Source: Amoebidium appalachense (Eukaryota > Protista > Ichthyosporea). From it: 64,000 nt of DNA. Shown piece by piece: positions 58,897 to 64,000 of the stretch (position 1 is its first letter; each line of letters begins with the position of its first letter). Position numbers and translations under genes: made by a program. The notes beneath the pieces are model-generated. The model was not told where the DNA came from. It did no database searches and saw only the letters and a program-made list of their open reading frames with translations. The stretch is from contig CAVNZM010000010.1 in NCBI GenBank assembly GCA_963693365.1, positions 1 to 64,000 on the forward strand, written 5' to 3'.

Positions 58897-61800
58897 TCCG
58901 GGAGGCAGAGAGGGGGATCCGGAGGCGGCGGGGGGTGGGGAGGGAGGGAAGGGGGGGGGGGTGGGAGGGCGGCGGGGGAAAGGGGCGGGGAAGGGGGGGG
59001 GGGGGGGGGGGGGGGGGAGGGGGGGGGGGGGAGGGGAGGCGACGGGGGGGCGGGGAGGGGAGCAGCATTGGGAACGACAGCCTCGGAGAGGCGAGGAGCG
59101 ATGACACGGCCGGGGGAAGGGCGGGGGGAAGGGGGAGGGTGGAGGGGTGTGAGGAGCCTCGGAAAGACTGGAGACTCGGATTCAGGGGAAGAGGCAGCTG
59201 TTACCTGTGCGTAAGCGTGTGTGTGTGTGTGTGCATCATCATCGGCCATGGCATGTGCGTGTGTGCATGCGTGTCAGTGAACGTTAACGGCCGGGAAGGG
59301 CGATCCATTGGGGGCCGGGGGGAAGGGGGAAGGGGGGGGGGGGGGGGGGGGGAGGCGCTGCTAAACAATTGAACAAGGAACAGAGGCTAATTATGGCAAG
59401 GATATATGATGATTGCATTCGCGGACAGAAAAAGGAGGTTGACAAAGCAATTTTAGCAACGGTTGCCCTAGGCCTGGGGGCAGGCTGGCCCATGGGGCCA
59501 AATTTATTTACATGCACAGACAGGTGATTGAGACTAATATACACATATGTTATCTTTTTCATGCCCTCGTGACGTATCTGGTTCAGCTAAGCGGCAAATG
59601 TAGACTACTTAGCTCGTGTACGGTGTGCCCATATAACTGTGTCCCTAAGCTGGGGCCATACATGACACTCGTTCCCTTCAGCGGACTGTGGAGATCTTCG
59701 AGCCCAGATCTGGTGCGCTCTCCTATCAGTAGCCAGCCAATAGGAGCTCACGCTGGCTACACAGGAATCCGGATTGCCGCCAATATGCCGGCCCAGGTGC
59801 CCATTGCTCACAGGACGTTTGTTTTCGCGGGTTGCACATAGCACATGTAAACGGAAGAACGGACCGACTTTCAAGTTTTCTCTTTCATGTTTTATGTTTA
59901 CATATCTTTCTTACACAATGCTCGACATTTAGTTTATGCCATGATCAAAGCGGGCTCATATACCGCAGGTATAGGGTCGACGTCCCACAGGCCCTTCAAC
60001 TTGCCAACTTCAACTTGCCAACTTGCCGAACATATCGGGCACGCGCGCACGCCGCGCACCCGCGCCCGGCGCGGGGCCGCCACGGATCCACAGGCACATC
60101 CGTACACTGTGTTAATATATTAACTCGCAGGCTTCATAGGGACCATCAGATTAAAAAAAAAATAGGAATAATGGTTTCTGAATCATTTCTCCTGGCCTTC
60201 ATAAAAGAGTACCACTGCCTCGCTGAGAATCACCCCAGGTTGACTGAGCACCGTCACTATTTGTAGGCTCATCACGAATGCCTATGGGATTAAGATCATG
60301 CGTCAAGATGACCGCTGGGTTTTCTACAAAATAATTGGACCTCAGAATACGAATAGGAAGCGGCCAGATCCAGGACAGCACATAACATGTAGATGCACTG
60401 CGGCTACTGAGGGCACTCATTATACTCGCTTTTTCTAGAGCAGTATTAGATGAAGTATGTATCAAGCGCATGTTTTCTGTTAATAATAGCTATATTTATA
60501 CTGAGCCCATTATATGTTGGTTACCGCGGCCTTGGCCCCGGCCGCCTTGCCTGTTTATTTTCTTTTGCCATCCTCTTTGAAGATCATTCTTTGTACACCA
60601 ATCATAAACGCAGATCTAAGCAAGGGATTCGCCCAATCAACACTCACGGTTGGCTTACAGCCGCCTGCCAGCAGCGTCGCTTTTTGTGCTGTGTAACCAT
60701 GTTAACCTTTTCACTTTTTGCATCTACAACATGCAACAACCACTTAGCAGAGCCCTTTTCAAAAGCAGACACGTCTACATGACTGTATATATTGGTTTGT
60801 TTGCTCAACTCCGGAGAGTGAGACATGCGGCAGCACTGCCGGCGTATTTTCAAGTTTACTGGGAGCCTCCCAAATGGCATATGCATGGGCTGAGCTTTGC
60901 ACAAGAGAGCCAAATACCCTACGTTAGCTTATAGCTCTGCCAGTTTATTTTTTCCTTTCTAGCATAAATCCTCACTGCATGCCTTGCAGCAACAGACGTT
61001 TTCATCTGCACCAACTTACATGAAAAATATTCTATACAGTGCAAGGTACGCAGACACAAACTTCAGTAACAAAAACACATATGGTAAAACTAGACACAAC
61101 ACTCCTGGGAAGTCCCAGCACTATCTCCTTCTGGACACGTTAGTATACAGTGACACCAACAGGAATCGAGATAAAGCCACGAATCCGTGATGGATTTTCG
61201 GTACTTTGCAGCATATGGCAGTGGCCATGGAGCCGGACCAGGTAAGACCCAATACCGAGAATCATTGCATGCATGATGGGGAAACCATGTTATGTTCTCG
61301 GTGCATGTTCCACCTCCAACAATTATTAGTGTGCACGTGGACATGGAGCATGTGGGGTACCGGTGTGTACCCATGCACCTATGGTTGGTGATCTCTTCAA
61401 TATTATTCATACTATATGTATTTTTTTCTTCTTTCTCGTTTGTGTGTGGTTCAACTTGCCAACGATGTTGGCGTGTAACATGGTGAACGGTTAAACGCGA
61501 TTGTGACAGTCACGACACAGTGTGTTGGAAATTATGCCCCAGTTCGTGTGCATTGCACACATACCCCAACTGATACAATGTCAATTGGACAAATTCGATC
61601 TGGGTCTCAATATGCCATGCATAAAAACAAAAATGGGGGCCATAAGATTGGGGGCTTTTATATAGGTTTACACAGCACATCTTTACACAGAATTTATAGC
61701 TGCCGCATTTATTGAGCAGTGCACTTGTCCCAACAATAAGGGTCAATACACAAACAATGAGGCTCATGCTCGACCCCTTCACTCGCTTTTTCAAAGATTG

Positions 61801-62231
61801 TTTTCATTCGTCGAATAAACCATCAATGTGACTCGTTGCTCCTATAATATCCCACATCCCCATCCGATGCCACAAAGTTTACATAACTTTTCTCATGCAT
61901 CTGTCGTTTGCCAGCACTGTTTCACCTTGCATCCTCACGGTCTACCCTACTAACCATTCTTGCCCCCCCCCCCCCCCCCCCCTCCCCTCCCCCTCCCCCC
62001 CTCCCCCCTTTGCCCAACCCCTCATCCCACCCAACACACCCATCCCTTCCCCCCCCCCCTCCCCCCCCCTCCCCCACCACCACCACCACCATCACCCTCT
62101 TATTTTCACCACACACGTGCTCAACACAAAAAAAAACTAACAAGTAAATACAAAACCCCCAAACAAACGTGCAATACACACACAAAATGGCATTAACGCA
62201 AACACCAATTGCTCACACACATACCCTACAG

Positions 62232-62488
62232 CCGTCACAGACAACCGAATGCAAGACGCCCTCACCCTCTTGGACCCACACAACCCCATGCGCCAGCCAC
62301 CCCCACCCCAGCAAAAACCCACCATGTATCAACCAATCGCACCGCGGCGTTTTTCTGCTCCTGTTCTCCCATTGGGTGGTTTTTATGATGGAGGCGGCTA
62401 TGGGTCAGAGGCTGGGATTGGTGGAATATCATCTGTGGATGGGCTAGATGCGATTTTGGCTCAGAACCAAGCGAATGTGGCTGGGCTG

Positions 62489-62576
<88 letters not shown>

Positions 62577-62589
62577 GTGTGCGTGTGCA

Positions 62590-62620
<31 letters not shown>

Positions 62621-62626
62621 GCGTGC

Positions 62627-62659
<33 letters not shown>

Positions 62660-62875
62660 GTGTGTGTGCGTGTGTGTGTGTGTGCGACAGTGTGCATGTG
62701 AGGCCTTTTGAGTGTAGGGTGTGTGTGTCCGTGTATATGAGTGTTTGATAACTTTTATTCTATTCTATATCTTCACACAGACACAAGCTTACAAGCCGGC
62801 GTGTGCACACATGCACACGCACACACATATGCACACACGCACGTGTGCGCATGCGCGCGGGCACACACACGCGCG

Positions 62876-62911
<36 letters not shown>

Positions 62912-63960
62912 TCCACACACAAAGACACACATACACACGCACACCCACCCACCGACCCACCCACCCACCCACACACAACAAGGTGTGTGCGCGCGCGTGC
63001 GCGCACCCTTGAACACGGTCGACTATGCCAATCAATCCCGCATGCACAGTTTTGTTGTTTGGTGCCCAAGCACGACACAGAGAGCTTTTTGTCTTCATAA
63101 GTGTGCAATGTGATTAGGATGGACTCTGATAATGGTGCATGCTCTTTGTGTGTGCCTTTTCAAAAAATCTGCCTAAATTATCCGCCGTGAATCTGTGATT
63201 TATTCTTCTGTAACTGTAAACCAACCCACTTCCCCCCAGCCCCCCTCCGTTACACCGGATCCTTCCCTCTCTTCCACCCCTAAACACACAGAAACACCCA
63301 TACACACAGACATGCACACGCAAACACATACATCCATCCTTCTCCTGGACAGCCCCTCAATGTTGGGTTCTGTTCGTGTATCCCAATGCGGTTAAGCGCT
63401 TCTTTTCTCTTTTTCAATCTCCTATTAAAGTTTCAACAGCTTTTCTTTTTTGTCTGTGGCACTGAGGTGGGGAGGGGGGAGGTTATTGCTTTCTTCTATG
63501 CTTTCCACCCTCTGATGTATACAGCCCCTCTCTCCCCCCCCATCTCCCCTCCCCCCCCCCCCCCCCCCCCAACACAACCACCACCACCATCGTTCCCTGC
63601 TCACCTACACCACACGTCATCTCACCCCACCCTCCTATATTACAATTCGCACATAGACTGCTAAATGTAAATAACTAGCTCTGATAAGCTTGTTCTCTTC
63701 CCTTTTTAGGATATCCCAAGAAGACACCCCTCGTCACCTTGCCGGCCCCAACTTTTTCACTTCGACGCTCGCACCCATTCCTTCTCCCCTCGAACCAAAT
63801 TTGGGCATGTGGGATTCTCAGGCCGTATTCCTACTCGACGGCAAGCCAATAGGAAACGAGGTTGCATACACGCCAGCCAATGAAATGCGAGGACGCAAGT
63901 CAAGCTGGATGTCATTGGATGACTGGATGGATGAATATGACCTGAACGTGCACGTGCTAG
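62232..63960 (+). CDS. Two internal exons (62232-62490, 63710-63960) of an unknown gene that continues beyond the window
   Basis: Canonical acceptors and donors. A phase-2 junction keeps the frame open: ...RRFSAPVLP...ANVAGLR|ISQEDTPR...[22 protein letters not shown]. Confidence 0.65.
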
Positions 63961-64000
63961 GTGGGTGGGTTTGGGTGTGGGTGTGTGTGTGTGTGTGTGT

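Overview
Eukaryotic genomic DNA with many introns and abundant (CA)n/(GT)n, (CT)n/(GA)n and poly-G/poly-C tracts; almost all ORF-track entries are translations of these simple repeats. The protein content suggests an opisthokont, possibly a unicellular holozoan (inference only). Manual splicing recovers: (1) a 5'-partial 7-exon gene for a bacterial-type beta-class DNA amino-methyltransferase (N6-adenine/N4-cytosine family) with an atypical DPPA catalytic motif and a CTAG-palindrome array in its last intron (3-6491, +); (2) a retrotransposon cluster in which a chromodomain Gypsy pol fragment and a Copia pol fragment are joined through a solo LTR (about 6.8-13.1 kb); (3) a headless, degenerate two-finger GATA gene (19.3-21.0 kb, -); (4) complete RBBP4/MSI1-like (12 coding exons, -) and RPA1 (19 coding exons, +) genes head-to-head around a compact promoter with E2F-like sites; (5) an intronless 421-aa orphan and two partial unknown genes. 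The best novelty candidates are the spliced amino-methyltransferase, a dispersed intronic element always in sense orientation that carries a covarying RNA fold with hammerhead-like core motifs in non-canonical order, and splice sites built directly from (GT)n/(CA)n microsatellites. All calls are by eye; no search or folding computation was run.
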